Source: an uncultured Ectothiorhodospiraceae bacterium (GTDB lineage Bacteria > Pseudomonadota > Gammaproteobacteria > HK1). Taken from it: a stretch of DNA of 64,000 nucleotides. The stretch is taken from assembly GCA_964420925.1 (NCBI GenBank), contig CAYQVB010000021.1, forward strand, positions 587-64,586, read 5' to 3'. Positions 8,930 to 18,600 of this stretch are shown here, in pieces (positions within the stretch are counted from its first letter, which is position 1; every line of letters starts with the position of its first letter). A program made the translations under genes and the position numbers. Below the pieces are notes generated by a model that saw only the letters and a program-made list of their open reading frames with translations, did no database searches and was not told the origin of the DNA.

Positions 8930-11823
8930 CCGGCTGCCGCGAGCACCCCCACCCGTCCCCGCTCCGGGTGAAGGTATCGCCGCGCCGTCTCCCGCACCGC
9001 TTCCGCGCTGGTGTCCAGCATCGCGTCGTGCCGACGCCGCACGCCTTCCGGGTCGTGGCCCTGGAGCTCGTCGAGGTAGCGTTCCAATGCCTCGATCTGG
9101 AAGACTCGGGGTCGATCGAGCTCGCGCACCGCCCGCAGGATGGCCTCTTCCAGGCGCCCGCGGGCGGGTGGACGACGGCGCAGCGACTCGCTCGCGCGAT
9201 CGAAGTCGTCCAGCGTCTCCGCCAGTCGCGGATCGCGGTACGAAAACAGGCGAAGCGTCGCGCTCCGCTCACAGTAACGCGCCCCCGCACCGTACGCGCC
9301 GCCCTCTTCGCGGATCGCGCGCGTCAGCAGGTCGCCGCCGAGCAGGGCAGCGAGCACGCCGAGCGGCGCGGCATCCGGGTGGTCGGCGCCCACCGCGGGG
9401 TACACCTTTGCACAGTAGTTCACCGTTCCCCCCAGGACCCATGCCGCGGAGGGTGGCGCACGGCGCGGGCCGCACTTTCGTCCGGGGGACGCCAGCGACT
9501 CGGGAGCGGAGCGCTCGCGCCATCTCCGGCGCGGGTCGGCGGCGCCGCGTCCGTTCTCGTCGCGCACGATCTGGAGCCGGCACGGCGATGTGGCGAGGGC
9601 GCGGTGGACCCGGTGCAGCCGTTCCCGAAGCGCCTCGCCGTCCGCATCTCCCCGCGAGACGCAGGCGAGAGCTTTCGCCGCGCTCGGGCCCCGCCAGCGT
9701 TCCTCGAGCGCGTTCCAGGGGCCGAGCTGCGCCGCCGCGAGGCGCTCGGCGTGCAGGTGACCAGTACGGGCGAGCGCCGCCGTCGAACGCAGCGCGGCCC
9801 TTGCCGCGATGTCCCGCGTGCCCGAATCGAAACGGACCTCGAGATGGGCGTCCGCGAGCGCATCGATGAGCTCCGCCTCGTCCGCGGCGCGCGCCCGCGC
9901 CGACAGCATGAATACCGCTCGCGAAGCGGAATCCGGCGCCTCCGGGCATCGGCCATGTCGGGCGAGAAGCACGGGTTCGGCCGAGATGCGATCGCACACT
10001 CTAGCCAGGTGGGCCCGGGTGCGGGCAGCGTCTCGGTCGCCGTGGCCCGACTCCGGCAGAATCTCGGCGATGAGTCCCAAGTCGTCCAGACAACGGGAAG
10101 CGATCCCGTTCGCGTCGACGGCAAGGCGGACGTAGACCAGTCCGCCGGTGGCGCCGCTGCTGATCCATACCCTCGGACTGCCGCGAGAATGGGCGGTGAG
10201 AGGAACACGCGGGCGTGCCGGTCCGATTGCGTCGAGGCCGAGCCTCGGCAGCGAGGATTCACCGGCGCGCGAGCGCTGTCCCGTCCCGGGAGCGGCCTTT
10301 CCGGTGACGCCACCCGGATCGGCACAGCGCGCTGACGGGACGCTGCGTCGGAGCATTGCGCGATCCTCCTCCTCGAGACGGCGCGCCGCAGCAGGGTCGG
10401 GAATCGCGGTCACCGACACCCTCTCGGGATTCTCGACGAGCTCCCGGCGGACGAGCTCCGCGGTGTCCCGGCGCGATTGGAGCCGGTCGCGCAGGTTCGC
10501 GAGCGTCGCGGCGGCGTCGAGCGCGGCGGCAGGCTCTCCGCCGTACAAGGCGGCGGGAAGAAGCCGGACCAGGTGCTTGAGAGGGGAAGGGTAACGCCGG
10601 TCGTGCTGCTCGCGGAGTTCGCGCTCGAGCGCCGCGCTTGCGGCGTCCACATCACCACCCGCAAACCCTTCCCGGGAGGCGTGCTCGAGCGCCGCGAGCA
10701 CGCGGGCCTCCAGGTCCTTCGCATCACGCGGGTCGCAACCGATCGCGCCACACTGCAACACGAGCCGACTCCGAGTCTCCTGGACACCGTTGGACGAGAG
10801 CGCCACCGCCGGGATGCCGGGCGCTTCGAGCGCGACGCGCAACGGGGCCCCTCCCTGTTCCAGGAGCAAACGGGAGAGCAGTCGGGCGCGGGCGAGCGCC
10901 TGCGGATCCGCGCTCTCGCCGAGGCGCCACGCGAGAGCCACCCCGGTTCCGCTTCGAGCGTCCGCACCCGAACCCTGGGGGGGATAACGCACCACGGATC
11001 GGGACGGCCGCACGAGCGGGGAGACCTTGACCGGCGGAGGAGGCGTGAAAGGTACGGGGAAGCGAGCCAGCACATCGTCCTGCAGCCGTTCCTGCAACCA
11101 ATGCGCTTCGAAAGGGCCTGCACTCAGGAACACAGCGTTGCCGGGGTGGTAGTGCCGGCGGTGATAGCGCAACAACGCCTCGTACTCGAGAGACGGAATC
11201 CGCCAGGGATCCCCCCCCGCGTTGAAGCGGTATGCGCTCTTCGGGAACAGAGCCCGGTTCAAAGCCTGCTGGAGTTGCGCCTCGGGCTCGCCCATCGCTC
11301 CACGCATTTCGCTCAGCACGACGCCGCGACGCATCGGCACCGGCTCCCCCTCTCCCATCTCCTCGAAATTCACATGGCTGCCCTCGCGGTGAAAGTCTCG
11401 CCGGTCGAGACGGGGAAAGAAGGCGGCGTCCAGATAGACCGAAAGCAGGTTGCCGTAGTCGGCGAGGTTGCGGGTTGCGAAGTGGAAAGCGGTGCAGTCC
11501 TCTCGGGTCAACGCGTTCATCGCGGTTCCGAGGGTGCGGCCCAGCATCGCGAAGAAGGCTCGCCGGCACGGGTAGCGCTCGCTGCCGCACATCACCAGGT
11601 GCTCGAGTACGTGGGTGAGGCCGCTCGAGTCCGGGGCGGGGGTCCGGAAGGCCATGAGGAAGGCGCAGTCCTCGCCGGACGTGGCGAGATGCAGGTGCTG
11701 CGCACCGGTGGATCGATGCACGTGGCACTCGAGGTGGGCGCCCGCGGCACGGATTCGGGTGCGGCTGCCGCACTCGAAGCCCGATCCCGCGGCGCGGTCC
11801 ATGCCCTCCGGGCGATTGATCAT
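8881..11823 (-). CDS. M16 family zinc metallopeptidase, M16C (presequence-protease/PreP-like) type
   Basis: Inverted zincin HxxEH motif in 'LTHVLEHLVMCGSERYP' near the N-terminus. The ~980 aa size is typical of M16C peptidasomes. No signal peptide. Confidence 0.85.
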   Translation of the reverse strand: MINRPEGMDRAAGSGFECGSRTRIRAAGAHLECHVHRSTGAQHLHLATSGEDCAFLMAFRTPAPDSSGLTHVLEHLVMCGSERYPCRRAFFAMLGRTLGTAMNALTREDCTAFHFATRNLADYGNLLSVYLDAAFFPRLDRRDFHREGSHVNFEEMGEGEPVPMRRGVVLSEMRGAMGEPEAQLQQALNRALFPKSAYRFNAGGDPWRIPSLEYEALLRYHRRHYHPGNAVFLSAGPFEAHWLQERLQDDVLARFPVPFTPPPPVKVSPLVRPSRSVVRYPPQGSGADARSGTGVALAWRLGESADPQALARARLLSRLLLEQGGAPLRVALEAPGIPAVALSSNGVQETRSRLVLQCGAIGCDPRDAKDLEARVLAALEHASREGFAGGDVDAASAALERELREQHDRRYPSPLKHLVRLLPAALYGGEPAAALDAAATLANLRDRLQSRRDTAELVRRELVENPERVSVTAIPDPAAARRLEEEDRAMLRRSVPSARCADPGGVTGKAAPGTGQRSRAGESSLPRLGLDAIGPARPRVPLTAHSRGSPRVWISSGATGGLVYVRLAVDANGIASRCLDDLGLIAEILPESGHGDRDAARTRAHLARVCDRISAEPVLLARHGRCPEAPDSASRAVFMLSARARAADEAELIDALADAHLEVRFDSGTRDIAARAALRSTAALARTGHLHAERLAAAQLGPWNALEERWRGPSAAKALACVSRGDADGEALRERLHRVHRALATSPCRLQIVRDENGRGAADPRRRWRERSAPESLASPGRKCGPRRAPPSAAWVLGGTVNYCAKVYPAVGADHPDAAPLGVLAALLGGDLLTRAIREEGGAYGAGARYCERSATLRLFSYRDPRLAETLDDFDRASESLRRRPPARGRLEEAILRAVRELDRPRVFQIEALERYLDELQGHDPEGVRRRHDAMLDTSAEAVRETARRYLHPERGRVGVLAAAGCEGELDRLGIPWSRV

Positions 11824-12105
11824 TCGGGAGCTTCAAGTTCGGACGGGGTTCGCGTCAGTGTAGCGGCGATTCCGCAGGGGGAGCCAGAGCAGGGAAGCGC
11901 GGTGGAGAGGGGATTGACATGCGCCCGGGGGACGGCCATGGTGCGCAGCGACCGTCGCGGGGCGGGGTCCGGGAGTCGCTCAGGCTCGCGGAGTTCAGGG
12001 TGAGGGTGGTACATTCCGGACTTCCGGTGTACTCTCTCCCACCCCGAGAGTCACCTGCTCGGCCAGACAGTTCCCGATTCACCTTACAAACCGGAGAGAA
12101 CAACG

Positions 12106-12177
12106 ATGTGGGTCAAGCCTGAATTCACCGAGATGCGTTTCGGCTTCGAAATCACGATGTATATCGGCAACCGCTGA
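12106..12177 (+). CDS. pqqA: PQQ precursor peptide PqqA (23 aa)
   Basis: Too short for the ORF track. ATG 12106 is preceded by a GGAGAG RBS. The peptide MWVKPEFTEMRFGFEITMYIGNR carries the PqqA hallmark Glu-x3-Tyr (E15, Y19). It lies upstream of pqqE. Confidence 0.9.
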   Translation: MWVKPEFTEMRFGFEITMYIGNR

Positions 12178-12305
12178 TAACACCACGCTGTTCAGGGGCG
12201 TCCCCGGGTTCTCCGGGCGTCCCGGACCGCAGCGGCAGTCACGCCTTGCGGCCCTTCCCCCGGTGCCCGGGCACGGCAGTGCCTTGAGCGCATCGGGGTA
12301 GTCTT

Positions 12306-13430
12306 TTGTCCGGCGTCCGGCCGAGGCCGCTGTGGCTGCTCGCAGAGCTGACCTACGCCTGCCCGCTGCAGTGTCCCTACTGTTCCAATCCCGTTGACTT
12401 TGCGCTCACGCGCGGGGAGCTCCGCACCGCGCAGTGGGTCGACACTTTGCGCGAGGCGCGGGCGCTCGGTGCTGCGCAGCTCGGGTTCTCCGGCGGCGAG
12501 CCTCTGGTTCGCCGCGATCTCGAGGACCTGGTCGCCGAGGCGCGGGCGCTCGGCTACTACACCAATCTCATCACCTCCTCGATCGGCATGGACGCCGGCC
12601 GGGTGAGGCGCCTCAAGGAGGCAGGCCTCGACCACATCCAGGTGAGCTTCCAGGCGAGCGATGCCGTTCTCGGCGACTACCTGGCAGGCACCGACGCCTT
12701 CGCGCACAAGGTCGAGATGGCGCGGGCGGTGAAGGCCGAGGGCTACCCGATGGTTTTGAACGTGGTCATCCATCGGCACAACATCGACCGCACCGACGCA
12801 ATCCTCGACCTGGCCCTCGAGCTCGAAGCGGACTACGTGGAGCTCGCCAACACCCAGTACTACGGCTGGGCCTTTCACAACCGGCGTCAATTGCTGCCCA
12901 CGCGGGAGCAGGTTCGACGCTCCGAGGCGGTCGCCAGACGCTACCGGGAGGAGCACGGGGACCGCATGAAGATCCTCTACGTCATTCCCGACTACTACGC
13001 GGACCGCCCCAAGCCCTGCATGAACGGCTGGGGACAGGTTTTTCTCAGCGTGGCGCCGGACGGCACCGCGACCCCCTGCCAGGGCGCGCGCATGCTTCCC
13101 GGCCTCGAGTTCCCCAAGGTGACCGAGCATTCGCTCGACTGGATCTGGAACGAGTCACCCGCCTTCAACCGCTATCGCGGCACGGCCTGGATGCAGGAGC
13201 CGTGCCGGAGCTGCCCGGAGCGCGACAAGGACTTCGGCGGCTGCCGTTGCCAGGCCTGGCTCGTCACCGGCGACGCATCGCGAGCGGATCCGGTGTGCGG
13301 CCTCTCGCCGGACCGCAGCGCGATCGACCGCATGGTGGAAGAGGTGAACAGCGCTCCCCCGGCGCAGGACGGCGTGGTCCCGGAGCTCCTGTTCCGCAAT
13401 CCCCGCAACTCCCGGGCGCTGCACTCGTAG
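12306..13430 (+). CDS. pqqE: PQQ biosynthesis radical-SAM enzyme PqqE
   Basis: CxxxCxxC in '[13 protein letters not shown]' and a Cys-rich SPASM-like C-terminus ('CMNGWG', '[18 protein letters not shown]'). TTG start at 12306. Confidence 0.9.
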   Translation: MSGVRPRPLWLLAELTYACPLQCPYCSNPVDFALTRGELRTAQWVDTLREARALGAAQLGFSGGEPLVRRDLEDLVAEARALGYYTNLITSSIGMDAGRVRRLKEAGLDHIQVSFQASDAVLGDYLAGTDAFAHKVEMARAVKAEGYPMVLNVVIHRHNIDRTDAILDLALELEADYVELANTQYYGWAFHNRRQLLPTREQVRRSEAVARRYREEHGDRMKILYVIPDYYADRPKPCMNGWGQVFLSVAPDGTATPCQGARMLPGLEFPKVTEHSLDWIWNESPAFNRYRGTAWMQEPCRSCPERDKDFGGCRCQAWLVTGDASRADPVCGLSPDRSAIDRMVEEVNSAPPAQDGVVPELLFRNPRNSRALHS

Positions 13431-13494
13431 CGTCCGGAAGCGCACACACCGGCGCGCGCGGTCCGGCCGCCCGGCGTCGATCCAACCGGGATGC

Positions 13495-15579
13495 TCACAG
13501 CGAGAGCAGCAGATTGCCTCTCGGGTCCAGCGTTGCCCGCACCCCCGGTGGCACCAGGCACGTGGAGTCGTACTCCTCGACGATGAGGGGGCCGTCCGCG
13601 TCGCGTGCGAGGGCGGATCGCGCGACCACCGGGGTATCGATCCACCCGAGCGTGCGCCCGTAGTAGGCACGTCGCACGCCGGTCTTCGGGGCGCGTTCGG
13701 CAATCTGCAGACTCCTCGGTACTCGGGGCCGGTCGCTCGAGCCCCGACCGAGAACCTGAGCGGTCACCAGCTCGACCGGTTCCCCGGCGCCGGCCCGGTG
13801 CCCGTAGGTCTGCTCGTGCTCGCGCCCGAACTCTTCTGCGAGCGTTTCCAGGGCGGCCCGGTCGACGGGTCCCGCCCCGACGCGCACCTCCAGCTCGTAG
13901 ATCTGCCCCCGGTAGTGGAGCATCGCGGATCGGGCAAAGCGGCGATGGTCGGCGTCGAAGCCGTCCGCTGCGAGCTGGGCATCGGCCTGCGCCTCGAGCT
14001 CCCGGTAGACGGCGCCAATCGCGTCGGCGTTCGAGCCCTGGAGCAGGCGTCGCACGGTGCGCGAGTAGTAGTGCTCGATCTCCGCGTAGAGCAGGCCGAA
14101 GGCGGAGAAGAGTCCCGCCGCTGGGGGCACGATGACCCGTTTCATCCCGAGCTCCGCCGCCATGCCCGCCGCGAAGAGGCCGCCGTTGCCGCCGAATGCG
14201 AAGAGTGTGTACTCGCGCGGGTCCCGACCCCGCTCGGAAGACACGGCGCGGATTGCGCGGATCATGCTCGCGATCGCCACTTGGCGCGCGCCCCAGGACG
14301 CATGCTCGACATCGAGCCGGAGCGGTCCGGCGATGGATTTCTCGATGGCGCGACGGCTCGCGCCGGCGTCGATGGGGAGTTCGCCCCCGCAGAGGTGGGA
14401 GGGGTTCAGGTATCCGAGCACGACGTTGGCGTCGGTCACCGTGGGAGCCTCCCCCCCGAGCCCGTAACACGCAGGCCCCGGACGCGCTCCCGCGCTCTTC
14501 GGTCCCGCCTGCATCGAGCCTCCGCCGTCGATCCACAAGATGGAGCCTCCGCCCGCGCCGACCTCCGCGAGGTCGACGGCGGGAACGTTCAGGAGATAGC
14601 CGCTGCCGGTGAGCAGGCGCGAGCCGGAGATGATTCCTCCGCCCACCGAGTATTCCCGGGTGCGGGTGTACTCGCCGCCTTCGATGAGCGAGGCCTTGGC
14701 GGTGGTCCCTCCCATGTCCAGGCTGATGACGTTCTCGATGCCCGACTGCCTGGCGACCGCTCGGGCGCCCACCACCCCCGCCGCCGGCCCCGACTCGACG
14801 ATGTCGACGGGCCTCGCCGCGGCCTGTGCCGCCGGGGTAAGCCCTCCGTTCGACTGCATGATGTGCAGGGGAGCGGAGACGCCGCGGGCATCGAGCTTCT
14901 CGCGCAAGGTCTCGAGGTAGCGCTGCACGGTGGGCAGCACATAGGCGTTGACGACGGTGGTCGAGGTGCGTTCGTACTCCTTGATCTCCGGCAGCACGTC
15001 GAAACTCGTGCTGCAAGGGTGATCAGGCGCGAGCTCCGCCGCGACCTCCGCGACCAGGCGTTCATGGCGAGGGTTCGCGTACGAATTGATGAGGCACACC
15101 GCGATCGCGTCGACGCCTTCGTCGACGAGGCGGCGCAGCGCCCGTCTCGCGTCGTCCCGAGCAAGCGGACGCACCACTTCGCCCGCGGCGTTCACGCGCT
15201 CGTCGACCGTCACCCGCAGGTAACGGTCGACGAGAGGAGGCGGCTTTTCCCAGGTGAGATCGTAGAGGCGCGGCATGCGCAGGTTGCGCAACTCGAGCAC
15301 GTCGCGGAATCCCCGACTGGTGACGAGCCCTACCCGCGCTCCGTTGCGTTCGAGAATCGCGTTCGACGCCACCGTGGTGCCGTGCATGATCTCGTCGACC
15401 TCGTCCGGCGCCATCCCCTGCTCGGCGAACAACGCCTCGAGCCCGTCGACGATCGCGAGCGCGTAGTTCTCGACGCTCGACGAGATCTTCTTCGACACCA
15501 CCTCTCCACCGCGGTCGAGCAGCACGATGTCGGTGAACGTACCGCCGATGTCGATCCCGGCGCGGTACTCGCCGCTCAC
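13495..15579 (-). CDS. hyuA: Hydantoinase/oxoprolinase family protein, A subunit type
   Basis: N-terminal ASKHA-type 'AGIDIGGTFTDIVLLD'. Length (694 aa) and overall pattern fit HyuA, acetone-carboxylase beta or oxoprolinase families. GTG start. Confidence 0.9.
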   Translation of the reverse strand: MSGEYRAGIDIGGTFTDIVLLDRGGEVVSKKISSSVENYALAIVDGLEALFAEQGMAPDEVDEIMHGTTVASNAILERNGARVGLVTSRGFRDVLELRNLRMPRLYDLTWEKPPPLVDRYLRVTVDERVNAAGEVVRPLARDDARRALRRLVDEGVDAIAVCLINSYANPRHERLVAEVAAELAPDHPCSTSFDVLPEIKEYERTSTTVVNAYVLPTVQRYLETLREKLDARGVSAPLHIMQSNGGLTPAAQAAARPVDIVESGPAAGVVGARAVARQSGIENVISLDMGGTTAKASLIEGGEYTRTREYSVGGGIISGSRLLTGSGYLLNVPAVDLAEVGAGGGSILWIDGGGSMQAGPKSAGARPGPACYGLGGEAPTVTDANVVLGYLNPSHLCGGELPIDAGASRRAIEKSIAGPLRLDVEHASWGARQVAIASMIRAIRAVSSERGRDPREYTLFAFGGNGGLFAAGMAAELGMKRVIVPPAAGLFSAFGLLYAEIEHYYSRTVRRLLQGSNADAIGAVYRELEAQADAQLAADGFDADHRRFARSAMLHYRGQIYELEVRVGAGPVDRAALETLAEEFGREHEQTYGHRAGAGEPVELVTAQVLGRGSSDRPRVPRSLQIAERAPKTGVRRAYYGRTLGWIDTPVVARSALARDADGPLIVEEYDSTCLVPPGVRATLDPRGNLLLSL

Positions 15580-15717
15580 CCCCTACTGTCCCGGGTCACG
15601 AAAGGGGGCGCTGAGCAGTCGTGCCTCATGTTGCGGATGGTAGCTCGCCGCCCACCACTATCCCCTATCGGGCGCAAGCGCTTGGCCAGCGGGCCTCTGT
15701 AAAGCGACCACCCCCGG

Positions 15718-16152
15718 TCACGGCGCCGTCACGACGATGTCCTCGAGCTCGAAGCGCTCAAAGTCCGCTACGTTGTAAGTGAGAATCTGGTCGACGACCG
15801 CCTTCTGTGCACAACGGGCGTGCAGCGCATCGTAGATCGCTCCGCTTGGCAGTCCGAGATCCGCCACCCGTCGGAGTACATGCAGGTAGTCTTCGGAAGT
15901 GAGTGGAACGGTCTGCAGCCGCTTTCCGATGCTCTCCTCCACCAGGACTCGGGCCTGTTCCGGCAGCACGCGCGATGGCAAAGGCAGGGCCGTCAGGGTC
16001 GCGTAGCACTCCGCCAACGCGTGAGTCGAGCAACATCCCCAGTGCTCTCCGCTGCTGTGCCGTCGCAGTGCACGAAAGGAGGATTGATGATTTGCGAGCT
16101 GATCGACCACGGCCGGCACCAGTACCGACGTATCGAACAGCGTGCGCATCAC
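15718..16152 (-). CDS. vapC: PIN-domain toxin (VapC-like)
   Basis: Acidic PIN residues in 'LFDTSVL', 'IYDALHA' and 'TYNVADF'. 144 aa. 4-nt overlap with the upstream antitoxin gene. Confidence 0.8.
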   Translation of the reverse strand: MMRTLFDTSVLVPAVVDQLANHQSSFRALRRHSSGEHWGCCSTHALAECYATLTALPLPSRVLPEQARVLVEESIGKRLQTVPLTSEDYLHVLRRVADLGLPSGAIYDALHARCAQKAVVDQILTYNVADFERFELEDIVVTAP

Positions 16153-16415
16153 TCGGCTTCGTCCGTCACGCGACGTATCCGCGCTTCACGCTCGGCGCGG
16201 ATGAACTCGCCGATGTCGATGGCCGCGCGAGCACTACCATGATGCACGAGAATCCCATGCTTGCGCACCAGAGAAGCCTCGTCACCGATCCTGCGAAGCT
16301 TCAGACCGTCTCCGACCGCCTTGATCTCCAACTCCGTTCCGGCCCTGAGGTTGAAGCGATCACGGAGCGTCTTCGGCACCACCACTCTTCCCGCCCGATC
16401 AATGGTAACAATCAT
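16149..16415 (-). CDS. vapB: AbrB/SpoVT-MazE fold antitoxin (VapB-like)
   Basis: 'IDRAGRVVVPKTLRDRFNLRAGTELEI' is the swapped-hairpin AbrB-type DNA-binding motif. 88 aa, immediately upstream of the PIN gene. Confidence 0.8.
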   Translation of the reverse strand: MIVTIDRAGRVVVPKTLRDRFNLRAGTELEIKAVGDGLKLRRIGDEASLVRKHGILVHHGSARAAIDIGEFIRAEREARIRRVTDEAE

Positions 16416-16607
16416 CCCATCATGGTATTTCCCGTGGCATTCAGCGTCAATTTTCGGTGGTGGTCCAGCGTCCTTCGCAAGGCGTCGTTCGAGCGCTTCC
16501 TCCGTGGCGGGGCACGAGTGCTCTCGTGAAGAGAAGCGCCGGCGCCATGCCGGGAAGACCCGGTACCAGCCACGGCAAGCGCCGAAGACGCGGCATCTGT
16601 ACCCCGC

Positions 16608-18383
16608 TCACCCCCCATCATCCCAGGCGACGAAGGGCACGCCGCGGCCGGCGCGCGCCGCCCGGCGCTGCTCGCGGAGGCGGGCGGTGGCCGCTTCGTC
16701 GACCTGCCATCCCTCGGTGTCGATGATCACGCCGTACTCGCGCTCCGCCGCGGCCGGGCTCACGAGCTCGTTGCGAACGTCCTGGAGCACGCGCTGCGGC
16801 TCGCGTTCGAGCGGATCGCCCCACCCACCGCCGCCCGGCAGCACCCAGCGCACGAGGTCGCCGCGCCGGCAAGTCATGGTGACCTTGGACGGCAGGGTTC
16901 TCGCCTCGCCTCCGGGATTGAGCACGACCTCGCCGGGCGCACCGGGCTTGCCGCCGTAGAGCCCGTAGGGGCGGTGGGTCTGGCGGTCCGAGCGCACCTG
17001 GACCACCGCCTCCTCTTCGCTCATGCGGTAGTCGCGGTAGAAGGGCGCGCCGCCCCGGTAGCGGCCGGCGCCGCAGGCGTCGGTGACGAGCTCGTTGCCG
17101 AGGATCTCGACCGGGTTTTCGAGCTCCGAGACCTCGGCCGACTGCGCGGCCATGTTGGCGAGCAGGTTCGAGTTGCCTTCCAGTCCGTCCGAGAAAGGGC
17201 GGCCGCCCCAGGTGCCGCAAGTGAAGTCGACATAGATGAAGGGACTCCGGTCGGCGCGGTAGCCACCCACCGAGATGCCGACGTTACCGCCGTCGGAGGC
17301 CGCGCAGACTTTGTCCGGCGCCATCTTCGCCAGCGCTCCGAACGCGCAGTCGAGCATGCGGAATCCGGTGAGCCCGCGCGCCGCGCAGGCTCCGGGAAGC
17401 TCCATGTTCGCGATGGATCCCGGCGGCGCATTCACTTCGACCGCCCGGAAAGTGCCGTCGTTGTTCGGGATGTCAGGAGGAAGGATCGAGCGGATGGCGG
17501 TGAAGGAGGTCGCGCGGGTGACGGAGAGGGTAGCGTTGATCGCGCCCCGGACCTGGAGCGAGCTGCCGCTCCAGTCGAAGGCGATGCGCCCGCCGAGCTT
17601 CCGCACGGTGACGAATAGCCTAATGGGCTGCCCGAAATCGACGCCATCGTCGTCGATCCAGTCCTCGAAGTCGTACTCACCGTCCGGGAAGGGGCGAAGC
17701 GCCGCTCGAGTCATGCGCTCGGTGTAGTCGAGCATCTCGCGCATCATCGCCCGCACCGCGTCGAAGCCGTAGCGGGCGACCTGGGCGCGGATCTCCCGCT
17801 CGCCGATCTCGCAGGCCGCAAGCTGCGCGCGCAGATCCCCGAACACCTGTACGGGAACCCGCACGTTGCGCTCGATCATCCGCCACAGGGTATCGTTGGG
17901 CACACCGCCGTCCACGAGCTTCACGGGCGGGATGCGCAGCCCCTCCTGGTAGATCTCGGTCGAGTCCGCCGCGTTCGAACCGGGCACCCGCCCGCCGATG
18001 TCGGTCTGGTGCGCGGTGCAGCACGCAAAGCCGGCCCGCTCGCCATCCACGAACACCGGCTTGAACATGAAGATGTCCGGCAGGTGCATTCCGCCCTCGA
18101 AGGGATCGTTCAGCACGTAGACGTCGCCTTCGCGCATGTCCGACCCGTATCGGGAGAGCACCGCGGCGAGCGCGGTGCGCACCGAGCCGAGGTGCATCGG
18201 AAGGGTGAGGCCCTGGGCGACCACCTCGCCGCGTGAATCGGCGATCGAGGTGGAGAAGTCCATGTTGTCGCGCAGCACCCCGGAATAAGTGGTACGGCAC
18301 ACGGTCACCGCCATCTCGTCGGCGGCCGCGAAGAGCGCGCTCTTGAACAGCTCGAAGTCGATGCGATCGAAACCGGGGGACAT
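16608..18383 (-). CDS. hyuB: Hydantoinase/oxoprolinase family protein, B subunit type
   Basis: ATG 18383 gives 'MSPGFDRIDFELFKSALFAAADEM..'. The HyuB hallmark 'NDPFEGGMHLPDI' is present. The track extension to 18518 was rejected. Confidence 0.9.
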   Translation of the reverse strand: MSPGFDRIDFELFKSALFAAADEMAVTVCRTTYSGVLRDNMDFSTSIADSRGEVVAQGLTLPMHLGSVRTALAAVLSRYGSDMREGDVYVLNDPFEGGMHLPDIFMFKPVFVDGERAGFACCTAHQTDIGGRVPGSNAADSTEIYQEGLRIPPVKLVDGGVPNDTLWRMIERNVRVPVQVFGDLRAQLAACEIGEREIRAQVARYGFDAVRAMMREMLDYTERMTRAALRPFPDGEYDFEDWIDDDGVDFGQPIRLFVTVRKLGGRIAFDWSGSSLQVRGAINATLSVTRATSFTAIRSILPPDIPNNDGTFRAVEVNAPPGSIANMELPGACAARGLTGFRMLDCAFGALAKMAPDKVCAASDGGNVGISVGGYRADRSPFIYVDFTCGTWGGRPFSDGLEGNSNLLANMAAQSAEVSELENPVEILGNELVTDACGAGRYRGGAPFYRDYRMSEEEAVVQVRSDRQTHRPYGLYGGKPGAPGEVVLNPGGEARTLPSKVTMTCRRGDLVRWVLPGGGGWGDPLEREPQRVLQDVRNELVSPAAAEREYGVIIDTEGWQVDEAATARLREQRRAARAGRGVPFVAWDDGG

Positions 18384-18600
18384 GGAACGGCTCCGGTGCA
18401 CGGGCGCAGGTTCGTGCACGATGATACGCTGCCGCCTTCCGAGCGTCGGCGCCTGCTCGCTCGGGCGTCGCTCTTCCTGAGCCCGCCCCCGCAGTGGCAA
18501 TCCACGCTCACGAAGCACCGGGGAGCGTGTACCCGCGGCTCATGTCCACAGACTCGGTCGGAAGTGTGCCGTCCGAGCCGCGGCCCGGGAGGAGCGGCGC

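Noticed and set aside
11914-11942. Perfect TTGACA hexamer with a 17-nt spacer upstream of pqqA as a sigma70 promoter.
   Set aside because: The putative -10 (CATGGT) is poor. A single hexamer match in 280 bp is not sufficient evidence.
12178-12305. Short GC hairpins (CCCGG-GTTCT-CCGGG and GTGCCC/GGGCAC) after pqqA as a pqqA-specific terminator/attenuator.
   Set aside because: The stems are only 5-6 bp with no T-run. I cannot distinguish them from background palindromes in GC-rich DNA without folding energetics.
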